Origin: Halorarum halobium
GTDB lineage: Archaea > Halobacteriota > Halobacteria > Halobacteriales > Haloferacaceae
Assembly: GCF_032116555.1 (NCBI RefSeq)
Contig: NZ_CP134949.1
Span: forward strand, 558,001-622,000
Length of the DNA stretch: 64,000 bases
Reading direction: 5' to 3'
The notes beneath the pieces were generated by a model. It was not told the DNA's origin. It saw only the letters and a program-made list of their open reading frames with translations, and did not search any database. Below are positions 1 through 9,986 of this stretch, one piece after another; the stretch's first letter is position 1, and each line of letters opens with the position of its first letter. The position numbers and the translations under genes are program-made.

Positions 1-940
<940 letters not shown>

Positions 941-1066
941 GCTGAGCCGAGGGCGGCGTGGTCGGCCGGGCGACCCGTTTTTCACCGACGAACGTCAGGC
1001 CGCTCGATCCCTTCGGCCGCTCGGTCGTGTCGACCGCTCGATCGCTCCTGTCCGTCCCCCGATTCC

Positions 1067-1384
1067 CTACGGTGCGCCGACGACGACCATCCGGCTCGGC
1101 TCCGCGAACTCGTAGTTCCGGGTGGCCGCGGGCGACACGCGGACCGCGTCCCCGACGTCGAGCGGGAGGGCCTCGCCGTCGACCGTGATGGTTCCCGAGC
1201 CCTCCAGCAGGAGGTACACCTCCTCCTGTCCGCCGTCCGCGTGGTCGTGTTCCATCCCGGTCCACTCGGAGTCGCCCTCGACGACCGTGATGCCGAGCGA
1301 GTCACAGTCCAGCGCGTCCCGGAGGAAGTGCATGCCGGGCGCTTTCGGTTCGACGTCGCCGTAGTTCTCCTTCGAGTATGCCAC
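1067..1384 (-). CDS. Cupin-domain protein
   Basis: GTG start at 1384 (VAYSKENY); EHDH...QEEVY..LEGSG..VDGE...L..GD cupin motifs. Confidence 0.8.
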   Translation of the reverse strand: MAYSKENYGDVEPKAPGMHFLRDALDCDSLGITVVEGDSEWTGMEHDHADGGQEEVYLLLEGSGTITVDGEALPLDVGDAVRVSPAATRNYEFAEPSRMVVVGAP

Positions 1385-1500
1385 GTCGGAGGGTGGGCGG
1401 AGCGGGCCAAAAGCGTTCGGCCGGGCCGCCGTCGGAACGAGTCCGCCGTCGGAGCGCCCGGCTTCGATACGCACTTCACCCGCCGCCCGCTGGTTCGGAT

Positions 1501-1983
1501 ATGGAGATCCACGTCGCCGGCGGCAGCGGGCGGGGCCCGACCGCCATGGCGGCTTACGACGCCGCGCTCGCGGACGCGAACCTCCACAACTACAACCTCG
1601 TGACGGTGTCCTCCGTCGTCCCCGCGGACGCCACGGTGCGGGCCGTCGAGGCGGTGCCGGACCTCGGCCCCGCGGGGAACCGCCTGACCGTCGTGCAGGC
1701 CCGCGCGGCCGCCACCCCGGCGGACGCACGCGAGACCGAGGAGGTCGTCGCCGGACTCGGCTGGGCGACCGGCCCCGGCCCGGGGCTGTTCTATGAGGCC
1801 GACGGCACGGATCCCGAGTCGGTCCGGACCACGGTCGAGGAGGGGCTTCGAGCGGGCGCGGCCCTCCGGGACTGGTCAATCGTGGACGAGCACACGCTGG
1901 TCGAGCGCGCCGACACCAGCGAGGACGCCTACACCTCCGCGGTCGTCCTCGCGGCCTACGGCGAGAGCGAGCCCATCGCGTGA
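1501..1983 (+). CDS. pdaD: Pyruvoyl-dependent arginine decarboxylase
   Basis: AYDAALADANLHNYNLVTVSSVVP with the Ser-Ser self-cleavage site; ATG at 1501. Confidence 0.88.
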   Translation: MEIHVAGGSGRGPTAMAAYDAALADANLHNYNLVTVSSVVPADATVRAVEAVPDLGPAGNRLTVVQARAAATPADARETEEVVAGLGWATGPGPGLFYEADGTDPESVRTTVEEGLRAGAALRDWSIVDEHTLVERADTSEDAYTSAVVLAAYGESEPIA

Positions 1984-2049
1984 GGGGACTCCGCTTGCGG
2001 CCGCCGACGGCTTTATACACGCCACACGCCAATCCCGCCTACATCCTCA

Positions 2050-2430
2050 ATGAACGGCAACAACCCGTACGCGGGGGCCCCTGGCGTCGTCGATGCCGGT
2101 CGACCGGAGGAGGTCGACCTCTCGATCGAGCAGAAGGACGCGCTGAGACGGGCGGTCGCCGGCATCGTCTCCCGGACCGAATCGTACCTCCCCGACGGCT
2201 ACGCCGTCGGCTCGGAACTCTCCTACGGGACGGAGGGTCCCCAGGCAACCGTCGCGGTCCGGCCGCCCGTGGGCCACGCCGTCAGCGCCGGCTTCACGCC
2301 CGATCTGGACGACCTGGAGGCCGGACTCGACGAGACCGACCACGGCGAGGTTGCCCGTGGGCTCGCTGCGAGTGCCGCGGCGCAGGTGATGAACGCCGTC
2401 GGCGACGACATCGAACCGACGGCTCGCTAG
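2050..2430 (+). CDS. Conserved haloarchaeal hypothetical protein (DUF5811-like)
   Basis: MNGNNPYAG...VAVRPPVGHAVSAGF...PTAR; acidic; TATA-like TTTATA near 2012. Confidence 0.7.
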   Translation: MNGNNPYAGAPGVVDAGRPEEVDLSIEQKDALRRAVAGIVSRTESYLPDGYAVGSELSYGTEGPQATVAVRPPVGHAVSAGFTPDLDDLEAGLDETDHGEVARGLAASAAAQVMNAVGDDIEPTAR

Positions 2431-2611
2431 GGGCGACTTTCGGATTGCGACTCGTCGAGTACCGTTTCGTGGTTTTCTCGTGGTTATTCGTCGGTTTTGC
2501 GTAATGAAGTGGCTGAATAGGGGTCTCAACCGTCGGCTCTTCCGTTGATCCGGTCGTCTTACGAGCCACTACGGCTGTCGTCCCCGTCAGTTTAGTCGTC
2601 GCTTCGACCGC

Positions 2612-2748
2612 CTCGAAAGCCCCCGGCTGGCTCCGCTCCCGCGAACCACGCTGCGCTCCTCGGTTCACTCGCTGCGCTCGTTCACCTGCGGTGCTCGTCC
2701 CTCGCGCGCGTCGACTCACCCCACGAGGGGGTTCGCGTCACGCGCGCC
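2612..2748 (+). repeat. Palindromic modular repeat, short recombinant copy (copy 1)
   Basis: CTCGAAAGCCCC terminus, GCTGCGCTCCTCG...TGCGGTGCT module, CGTCCCTCGCGCGCG...CGCGCGCC end, all shared with other copies. Confidence 0.85.
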
Positions 2749-2789
2749 ATCCGGCTGGGTCCCGGTCGACCCGACGAAAAATCGTCCCT

Positions 2790-4604
2790 CTACTTGCCCC
2801 AGAACGGATCCGACTTCCGGCGCGCGTTCAGGTAGGCGTTCAGCGCCTCCAGTTCGTCGGCTGGGATGTCCTCCGAGAGCTCCTGTTCGAGGATCTTCGC
2901 GTGCTTCTCGGGCAGTTCGATCCACAGTTCGTCGCCCTCCTCGATCTGTCTGCCCACCGTCGGCCCGTCGATGGCGATCGAGACGCGCTCGCCCGCTCGG
3001 GCCTCGTCCACGTCGTCGCCCTGGTGCTGGATGCCGGAAAGCTGGCCGACGCGCTTCGGGTCGTTCCCCTCGAACTTCGCCACGTGGCGGTTGTTCTGCA
3101 CGGTTCCCGAGACCACCTCGACGCCGACGACCGCGGGGTCGTTCTGCCGGAACGTGTGGTCCTCCAGGATTCGGAAGCGGGCGGGGCGGACGATGCGGTC
3201 GAGCACGGTCTCCTGCTGGGCGCGCTCCAGTTCGTCGACGTACTCCTCGTACTCCTCCACGAGCTGATAGATCACGTCGTCGGTGAACAGTTTCACCTCG
3301 CTCTCCTCCAGTTCGCGCTCAGCGTTCGAGAGGACGTCCACGTTGAACCCGAGGACGACCCGGTTCGTCTCCTCGTTCGCGGTCTCGGCGACCGCGACGT
3401 CCCGCGGCGCGACGTCGCCGACCTCGGCCCGGAGGATCGGGATCTCGGCCTCGTCCAGCGCGTTCGCCATCGCCTCCAGGCTCCCGAGCGTGTCGGCCTT
3501 GACGACGACGCCGTCCTCGGCGGTCTCGACTTCGATCCGGGCCAGTTCCTCGCGCACCTCCGCGAGAACCTCCGCCTCGGGCCGGTCGCGGACGACCCGC
3601 ACCGGCGCGCCCGCCATCGCCTCGTCGAGGTCCGGCGCGGCGATCTTCACCCCGGCCGCGGCCGAGACCGACTCGACCGTCTCGAACCGCTTTTCGGTCC
3701 GGATCTCGGCGTTCGGCCGCGGCTGGAGGAGCGCCCGAACCTCCGTGACGATGGGCTCGTTCTGCCCGCCGACGACGATGGTGTCGCCCGTCCGGATGAC
3801 GCCGTCGTACAGCACGACGTCCAGCGTCGCGCCGAACCCGCGTTCCTCCTTCACCTCGAGCACCGTCCCCTTCCCTGGGCCGGTCGCGTCCACCGACATC
3901 TCCGATTTCAGGTAGCGCTGTGAGAGCCCCATCAGGACGGTCAGCAGGTCCGGAATCCCCTCGCTCGTGAGCGCCGAGAGCGGGACGACGCCGATGTTCG
4001 CCTGGAAGTCCTGGACGCGCCAGTAGAAGTCCGCCGAGAAGCCGGCGTCCGAGAGGTCGCCGATGAGTTCGTAGAGGTTCTCGTTCAGCCGCGACTCCGC
4101 GCGGTCAGACTGGGCCTCCAGCGACCGCTGGATCGGCTCGCCCTCCTGCGGGTTCCACCCCGGCGTCGTGTCCACCTTGTTGGCGGCGACGACGAACGGC
4201 GTGCCCGTCCGCTTCAGGATGTCGATGGCTTCGACCGTCTGTGGCTGGAACCCGTCGTTCACGTCGACGACGAGCACCGCGATGTCCGCGAGCGCGCCGC
4301 CGCGGGCCCGGAGCGTCGAGAAGGAGTGGTGGCCCGGCGTGTCGATGAACAGCAGGCCCGGCAGGTCGAAGTCCGACGGGTCGACGAGCGCGCCGGCCAT
4401 CTCCGAGACGGTTTCGAGCGGGACGGCGGTCGCGCCGATGTGCTGGGTGATCGCTCCGGCCTCGCCCTCCTGGACTGCCGAGCCGCGGATGCGGTCGAGC
4501 AGCGTCGTCTTCCCGTGGTCGACGTGGCCCAGCACGGCGACGATGGGCGTGCGGAGGGCGTCGGCGTCCTCGTCCGTGGTCGTGTCGGCGTTAGTGTCTG
4601 ACAT
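2790..4604 (-). CDS. infB: Translation initiation factor aIF5B (IF-2)
   Basis: LRTPIVAVLGHVDHGKTTLLD, DTPGH and NKVD GTPase motifs; C-terminal PFWGK. Confidence 0.97.
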   Translation of the reverse strand: MSDTNADTTTDEDADALRTPIVAVLGHVDHGKTTLLDRIRGSAVQEGEAGAITQHIGATAVPLETVSEMAGALVDPSDFDLPGLLFIDTPGHHSFSTLRARGGALADIAVLVVDVNDGFQPQTVEAIDILKRTGTPFVVAANKVDTTPGWNPQEGEPIQRSLEAQSDRAESRLNENLYELIGDLSDAGFSADFYWRVQDFQANIGVVPLSALTSEGIPDLLTVLMGLSQRYLKSEMSVDATGPGKGTVLEVKEERGFGATLDVVLYDGVIRTGDTIVVGGQNEPIVTEVRALLQPRPNAEIRTEKRFETVESVSAAAGVKIAAPDLDEAMAGAPVRVVRDRPEAEVLAEVREELARIEVETAEDGVVVKADTLGSLEAMANALDEAEIPILRAEVGDVAPRDVAVAETANEETNRVVLGFNVDVLSNAERELEESEVKLFTDDVIYQLVEEYEEYVDELERAQQETVLDRIVRPARFRILEDHTFRQNDPAVVGVEVVSGTVQNNRHVAKFEGNDPKRVGQLSGIQHQGDDVDEARAGERVSIAIDGPTVGRQIEEGDELWIELPEKHAKILEQELSEDIPADELEALNAYLNARRKSDPFWGK

Positions 4605-4799
4605 GGCGAAATCCCCGAAGAACGGTCCTTGTCACCCTTCGTCCGGGCGGAGCCCTAAGCGCTTCGACTCGGCGGGGCCGCCGCTTCCGACCGACTGCTC
4701 TCCGATTCGACTCGCAGTCGGGTGGTTTCGGACACGCTCCGGGCCGGCATCGCTCCGGTGGCCGGGACCCGTGCGCCTCGCGTCAGACGTTGGCGTGGC

Positions 4800-4807
4800 G
4801 TTTATTG
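4800..4807 (+). promoter_or_regulatory. Probable TATA box for a leaderless PRC-barrel/nob1 transcript
   Basis: TTTATT about 25-30 nt upstream of ATG 4831. Confidence 0.45.
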
Positions 4808-4830
4808 CGCCGCACCGAAATTGGCGATGT

Positions 4831-5079
4831 ATGGCCGATATCCTCGCCGAGAACCTCTCGGGCAAGGCAGTCATGGGTTCGGACGGCACCGAGCTCGGCA
4901 TGCTGTACAACATCACGATGGACCTGAAGACTGGGGCGCTCTCGGACCTGCTGGTCACGCCCAACGAGAACGTCTCGCCGGGCCGCATCCCGTTCGAACG
5001 AGACGAGGCCGGCCGCGTCCACATCCCCGTCTCGACGGTGCAGGCGGTGAAGGACTACATCGTCGTCGACACGTCGTAG
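4831..5079 (+). CDS. PRC-barrel domain protein, probable cell-division protein CdpB2
   Basis: MADILAENLSGKAVMGSDGTELGMLYNITMD...VQAVKDYIVV; position between infB and nob1 matches the recalled Haloferax volcanii arrangement. Confidence 0.82.
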   Translation: MADILAENLSGKAVMGSDGTELGMLYNITMDLKTGALSDLLVTPNENVSPGRIPFERDEAGRVHIPVSTVQAVKDYIVVDTS

Positions 5080-5080
5080 G

Positions 5081-5539
5081 ATGCGAGTGCTCGATTCGTC
5101 GGCGTTTATCCACGAGTATCACACCGACGAGCCGACGGCTTCGATCCCGAGGGTCCACGAGGAACTCGAGGGCGAGGCCGCGTTGCGCTTCGACGCGAAC
5201 GAGGGCGCGGGGATGCACATCCACGTCCCCGACGGCCAGACGGTCGATCAGGTGCGGCGCGCCTCCGGCGAGACGGGCGACGAGGAGACGCTCTCGGAGA
5301 CGGACACGCGCCTGCTCGCGGCCGCGTTCGAACTCGACGCGACGCTCGTGACCGACGACTACGCGATGCAGAACGTCGCCGGAAAGCTCGGCGTCGACGT
5401 CGAGGTCATCGCCCGCGACGGCATCGAGGAGCAGCGCGACTGGACGTTCCAGTGTGCGGGCTGTGGCCGCGAGTTCGACGAGGACCGCGACCGCTGTCCG
5501 GTCTGTGGCAGCGACCTCTCGCGGAAGAACCCGGCCTGA
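5081..5539 (+). CDS. nob1: NOB1-family PIN endonuclease with Zn ribbon
   Basis: VLDSSAFI, LSETD, LVTDDYAMQNVA, CAGC...CPVCG. Confidence 0.93.
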   Translation: MRVLDSSAFIHEYHTDEPTASIPRVHEELEGEAALRFDANEGAGMHIHVPDGQTVDQVRRASGETGDEETLSETDTRLLAAAFELDATLVTDDYAMQNVAGKLGVDVEVIARDGIEEQRDWTFQCAGCGREFDEDRDRCPVCGSDLSRKNPA

Positions 5540-5685
5540 CTCGGCCCACGGATTCTCCGATTCCTCACACAGTACTGCGATTCCTTCGAGAATCCCTCGT
5601 CCCGCCGGAACCCGGGGACGACGCGGGCAGACTCTCAGTCTCGGGGTTCGATCCACGGCACGACTCTCGGTCTCCGGATTTCGAT

Positions 5686-6519
5686 TCACAGCATCCCGGT
5701 CGCGCCGCCGTACTGGATGGCGTACAGCGCGGCGTTGTACAGGCCGTGTGCGAGCGCGGGGACGACGAGGTTGCCGGTGTACTCGTAGAGGTAGCCGAGC
5801 GGGAGCGCGAGCAGCGTGACGACGAGGACGTAGGCCGACTGTTCGAGGACGGTGCCCGTGCCGGCGATGAAGTGGATGGAGCCGAAGAGGAACGCCGCCA
5901 GCGAGACGGCCGGGGCGGCGGGCAGCGCCTTCCTGAGTTCCCCCTGCACGACGCCGCGGAACACCAGTTCCTCGGCCGGGCCGACGACGAGGATCGACAC
6001 CGGGATCATGTAGAGGAAGTAGATCGGCGCGTCCCGGCCCGGCCCGAGCGCCCGGTTCGTCGCCACCTCGACGCCGACCGCCCCGAGCACGAGCAGCAGA
6101 GCGAACTGCGCGAGTACCATCCCGACGGCGGTCACCGATCCGAGGCTCCACCCGCGTGCGTCCGGGAGCCACGCCGTCACGAGCCCCCGGTCGTTCGCCG
6201 ACGTCATGAACGCGGCCGCCGCGAGCGCGAAGCCGACGAACTGCCCGACGTTCCGGATCGCCGCCAGTTCGGGCGATTCCGGCGCGACGCCGACCGCCAG
6301 CGCGAGGCGCTCGGACCAGGGGAGCACGGCCGCGGCCGCCAGATACGCCGCGACGACCATGAGGAGCGACTGGCCGAGCCTGATCGCGACCGCGTTCCCG
6401 TCCACCTCGGACGTCCTCGAGGTCGTCCCGCCCGCCGCGCTCCCCTCGCTCGTTCCGCTCCCCTCGCCCGTCCTGTTCCCCTCACTCGTCCCCCTTGGTC
6501 CCGACGCCCCCGACATCAT
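5686..6519 (-). CDS. CPBP/CAAX intramembrane metalloprotease
   Basis: PAEELVFRG, FGSIH and AHGLYN motifs; multiple TM segments; overlaps the pgi stop. Confidence 0.88.
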   Translation of the reverse strand: MMSGASGPRGTSEGNRTGEGSGTSEGSAAGGTTSRTSEVDGNAVAIRLGQSLLMVVAAYLAAAAVLPWSERLALAVGVAPESPELAAIRNVGQFVGFALAAAAFMTSANDRGLVTAWLPDARGWSLGSVTAVGMVLAQFALLLVLGAVGVEVATNRALGPGRDAPIYFLYMIPVSILVVGPAEELVFRGVVQGELRKALPAAPAVSLAAFLFGSIHFIAGTGTVLEQSAYVLVVTLLALPLGYLYEYTGNLVVPALAHGLYNAALYAIQYGGATGML

Positions 6520-7799
6520 TCGACCTCCAGCCGGCGCTTGCCCCGGACAGCCTCGGCCTCGGTGAACTCCCCGCCGCCCAGCAGCCCCCGCGCCGCCTTC
6601 TTGCCCCACTCGACGGCCGGCTGTGTAAACGTCGAGACGTCCGCGAGTTCGCCGTACAGCACGCAGGCGGCCTCCGTCGCGTACAGCAGTTCGCCGAGGC
6701 CGCGCTCGTCCACCCGGTCGATCTCGAGGCGGACGTTCTCGCGCCCGGCCGCCGCGAGGCTGGCCTCCGTCGCCCGGAACTCCGCGTCGAGCAGGTCGCC
6801 CAGCGTCGAGCCGCCCAGGTACGAGAGCCCCGCCAGGTCCGTCTCCGGGATGCTCGCGTCCGTCGATTCGCGCGGTCGGACGAGCGTGACGAGCTTGTCG
6901 GTGGGGCCGGCGCGGTACAGCTGGAGCTGGGAGTGCTGGTCGGTCGCGCCGAGCGCCCGCGCGGGGGTCTGCCCGCGGCCGTCCTTCCCGAGCGACTCGG
7001 CCCAGAGCTGTGCGTACCACTCGGCGAACCGTTCGAGCGACTCGGCGTACGGCATCATCGCGTTCACGGCCGCGCCGCGCTCGGCGAGGGCGTACGAGAC
7101 GGCGCCGTAGGCGTACGCGGGCGAGTCGTACAGCGACCCGGAGAGCTTCTCGGCCTCCGACGCGGCGCCCGCCAGGAGCGCGTCGAGGTCGTGGCCGGCC
7201 ACCGCCGCGGCGAACAGCCCCACGGTGGAGAGCGCGGAGAAGCGGCCGGGGACGCCGTCGGGGACGGTGAGGGCGGGCAGGTCGTGTCTGTCGGCCATCG
7301 CCCGCAGGTTGCCGGACTCGCCGGTGGTGACCACCGTCCGCTCGGTCCAGTCGACGCCCGCCGACGCCATCGCCTCGCGGACGACGAGGAAGTTCGCCAG
7401 CGTCTCGGCGGTCGTGCCCGAGCGGGAGACGACGTTCACGACCGTCTCGGAGAGGTCGAGGCCGCCGACGAGGTCCCGGACCCAGGCGGGGTCGACGTTG
7501 TCGAGATAGCGGGCCTCGACGGGCGAGTCGAGCGCGTCGGTGATCGTGGCCGCGCCGAGCGCGCTCCCGCCGATGCCGACCGTCAGGACGGTCTCGGGAT
7601 CGAAGCCGGCGGCCGCTCGGCGGACCGGCTCCGGGTCGCAGGTCTCGGGGAGATTCAGCGCGGCGTAGCCGTGCTCGGATTCCCGTCGCCCGCGTGCGAT
7701 CGTCTCGTGGGCGTCGGCGACGCGGTCGTCGAGGTCGTCGAGGGCCGCGCGGTCGAGGCCGAGTGCCCCGTCGAGCGCGTTCCCGATGTCCGCCTGCAT
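6516..7799 (-). CDS. pgi: Glucose-6-phosphate isomerase
   Basis: GIGGSALG, SRSGTTAET, VPGRFSALS, QLWAESLGK, DQHSQLQ, QPAVEWGK; ATG at 7799. Confidence 0.95.
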   Translation of the reverse strand: MQADIGNALDGALGLDRAALDDLDDRVADAHETIARGRRESEHGYAALNLPETCDPEPVRRAAAGFDPETVLTVGIGGSALGAATITDALDSPVEARYLDNVDPAWVRDLVGGLDLSETVVNVVSRSGTTAETLANFLVVREAMASAGVDWTERTVVTTGESGNLRAMADRHDLPALTVPDGVPGRFSALSTVGLFAAAVAGHDLDALLAGAASEAEKLSGSLYDSPAYAYGAVSYALAERGAAVNAMMPYAESLERFAEWYAQLWAESLGKDGRGQTPARALGATDQHSQLQLYRAGPTDKLVTLVRPRESTDASIPETDLAGLSYLGGSTLGDLLDAEFRATEASLAAAGRENVRLEIDRVDERGLGELLYATEAACVLYGELADVSTFTQPAVEWGKKAARGLLGGGEFTEAEAVRGKRRLEVE

Positions 7800-7898
7800 G
7801 GTCGTGTGGCGGGGCCGGGGGCCGAAAACGATTGCCCCCTCATTCTGGGTGTTCGGCCTGGCCCTCCGGATGATGGGTAGTTTTGCTTCGGGGAACGG

Positions 7899-8244
7899 CT
7901 CGAAAGCCCCCGCGGCTCTCGACTCGGTGCGGCCGCTGCGCTCCTCGCTCCCTTCGGTCGCGCTGTCGTTCGAAAATCGAAGATTTCGTGATGACGAGAG
8001 AGCTCCGCTCTCTCGAACCACGGTGCTTGTCGGTCCGCGCCGTTCACGAGAGCAAAGCTCTCGTGAGCTCACGAGACGCCGTGCGTCTCGTGAACGTCGT
8101 CGAGAGCCACGGCCCCTTTCAGTCCCACCCGCCGCAACCGCCCCGCATCCACGGCCTCTCCAGCCGACGAGGTCCCGACCGGAGGGAGGGACCTCGTCCC
8201 TCGCGCGCGTCTGCTCGCCTTCCGGGCTCGCCGTCACGCGCGCC
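7899..8244 (+). repeat. Palindromic modular repeat, full copy with two inserted double-hairpin cassettes (copy 2)
   Basis: All four scaffold motifs present; cassettes at 7966-8020 and 8043-8094. Confidence 0.9.
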
Positions 8245-8269
8245 ACGGCGTTGACCGACCGAGCCACGT

Positions 8270-8577
8270 GGCGCGCGGCGGCCGCGCTCCGCGCGGCCGC
8301 TCGTGCGAGGCTCACGCGAGCGCAGCGAGGGTGAGTTTCGAGGAGCTCGCTCCGAGAAAAGACGAGCACCGCAGGCGAACGAGCGAAGCAGTGAGCCGAG
8401 GAGCACAGGAGGCTGGGGAGGGTGAGGTTCGGGGCGGTGGTGTGGGTGGGACTGAAAGGGGCCACGGCGCTCGGCGAACCCCGAGGCCTCAAGCACCGCA
8501 GGAGGGAGGCCGCAGGCCGACCGACGAGGAGCGCAGAGCGTCTCGCGGGAGCCGAGCGCCGTGGGGGGGCTTTCGAG
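8270..8577 (-). repeat. Palindromic modular repeat, full copy inverted relative to copy 2 (copy 3)
   Basis: GGCGCGCG...GGCTGGGGAGG...GGTGGGACTGAAAGGGGCC...GGGGCTTTCGAG on the + strand. Confidence 0.9.
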
Positions 8578-8732
8578 GCGGTTGGAACGGTCCAACTCGC
8601 GGCTCGATCGACGTTGACGAGGACGGGGGCGTTCGAGACAGTCGCACCACGGTTGTCGCGAGGAGGACGACACCGACGATCACTGCGTCGAATGACGGGG
8701 TGCTTAACAGCCGCCACGCCCAAGCCCGGCCA

Positions 8733-9296
8733 ATGCCCGCGGAGACGAGCACCGAGGACCCCAAACCAACCGAGAAAGACACGTATCGGGGCCTGTTCGG
8801 CGCGTTCCCGTACGCGTTCCGCGCGAGCGACTCGTGGCTCTTCCGGAGCTACGTCGTCGTCGGCGGCCTCGCGGCGCTGCTCCTCTCGGTCGTGTTCGCG
8901 CTCGCGCTGATTCGGCTGTTCGGCGCGACCGCCCGCGCCCGCTTCTCGGTCGTCCGGGCGTTCTTCTTCCTCGTCGGCCTCGCAGCCGTCGCGCCGACTA
9001 TCGCGCCCGTGCTGCTGGTCGCCCGGTCACGCCGCCGGGAGATCGCCCGCGCCCCCGGCTACGAGGCGGGCCTCGCGCTCGCCGGCTACCTGTTTCTCGC
9101 CTCGCTGTACCTCGGACTCGTCGCGGCGATGCCCGAGACGTTCACGCTCGACGGCGAGACGATCACCCGCCCGCCGCCGACGGGCGCGTTCGCGCCGGCC
9201 ATCAGCTTCCTCTACGGCGTCCCGCAGGCCGTGGGAGCGCTGTTCCCGGTGCTCGGTGCGGCGCTGATCGCGCTGGTCCACCGGCTCCGCGGCTGA
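8733..9296 (+). CDS. Hypothetical membrane protein
   Basis: ATG 8733; YRGLFGAFPYAFRASDS..FRSY start followed by about four hydrophobic segments. Confidence 0.75.
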   Translation: MPAETSTEDPKPTEKDTYRGLFGAFPYAFRASDSWLFRSYVVVGGLAALLLSVVFALALIRLFGATARARFSVVRAFFFLVGLAAVAPTIAPVLLVARSRRREIARAPGYEAGLALAGYLFLASLYLGLVAAMPETFTLDGETITRPPPTGAFAPAISFLYGVPQAVGALFPVLGAALIALVHRLRG

Positions 9297-9383
9297 AGTC
9301 CCGGCCGGCGACCCGCCGAGCGGCCCGAACCACGTTCGCCCGGGAGCGAAACCCCGAAACCGCCCCGCCGCCTACCGGGTCCA

Positions 9384-9947
9384 ATGACCGACGACGAGTT
9401 CGACGTCGACGCGCTCGAACGGGCCCTGTCCGAAGCGGGGGAAGCCCCCGGGTCGAGCGAGACTGCGCAGGGAGCCGATCCCGAGCGGACGGAGGGAACG
9501 TTCCTCGTCACCCACGCCGAGGAGGAGTCGGCGGTCCTCCGGGAGGTGTCCACCGGGCGGGTGCTCACGCTCTCGGAGAACCCCGGCGTCGAGGCCGAGG
9601 AGGCGATCGAGGGCGTCCTCGCGCCCGAACCGCCGATGAACGTCACCTGGGAACTCGTCGAGGTGGCGGAGCGCCGGACGCTCTCGCTGGCGGAGGGCGA
9701 GGAGCCGCCGACGCGCGACAGCCTCGACACCGCGGCCGAACAGGAGGTGGGCGAACTGACGCGGACCGAACGGGCCGGCGTCGGCGAACTCCACGTCGTC
9801 ACCGTTCCCGAGGAGCGGACGGAACGGGCGGTGGCCGACGTGCTCGGGGACCGCGAGGCGACGCTCGCACGCGCCGCCCGTCTCGGGGTCAACCGCGTCG
9901 AGGTCCGGTCCGCGCCCGGCGTCGTCGTCGTCCGGTATCTGCCCTGA
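9384..9947 (+). CDS. Conserved haloarchaeal protein (DUF5812-like)
   Basis: GTFLVTHAEEESAVLREV...PPMNVTW...VRYLP; acidic composition. Confidence 0.7.
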   Translation: MTDDEFDVDALERALSEAGEAPGSSETAQGADPERTEGTFLVTHAEEESAVLREVSTGRVLTLSENPGVEAEEAIEGVLAPEPPMNVTWELVEVAERRTLSLAEGEEPPTRDSLDTAAEQEVGELTRTERAGVGELHVVTVPEERTERAVADVLGDREATLARAARLGVNRVEVRSAPGVVVVRYLP

Positions 9948-9986
9948 CCGTCCGGACGGCGACGGTTCGTCCGCCCGTGGCGGGCC

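Noticed and set aside
2431..2600. Short TTCGTGGTT-like repeats after the 2050 gene
   Set aside because: Low-complexity T-rich tract consistent with a terminator region; too short and irregular to call.
7966..8020. Hammerhead ribozyme suggested by TGATGA followed by CGAAA/CGAGA in the Y cassette
   Set aside because: The core would need CUGANGA, then stem II, then unpaired GAAA. Here it is GTGATGA and the GAAA is paired inside the next stem.
7800..8723. Long N-terminal extensions of Pgi, the 8733 protein, NthA, KDPG aldolase and the 42405 aminotransferase in the ORF track
   Set aside because: The extensions are Arg/Ala/Pro-rich translations of GC-rich repeat or intergenic DNA, and family homology starts at downstream ATGs.
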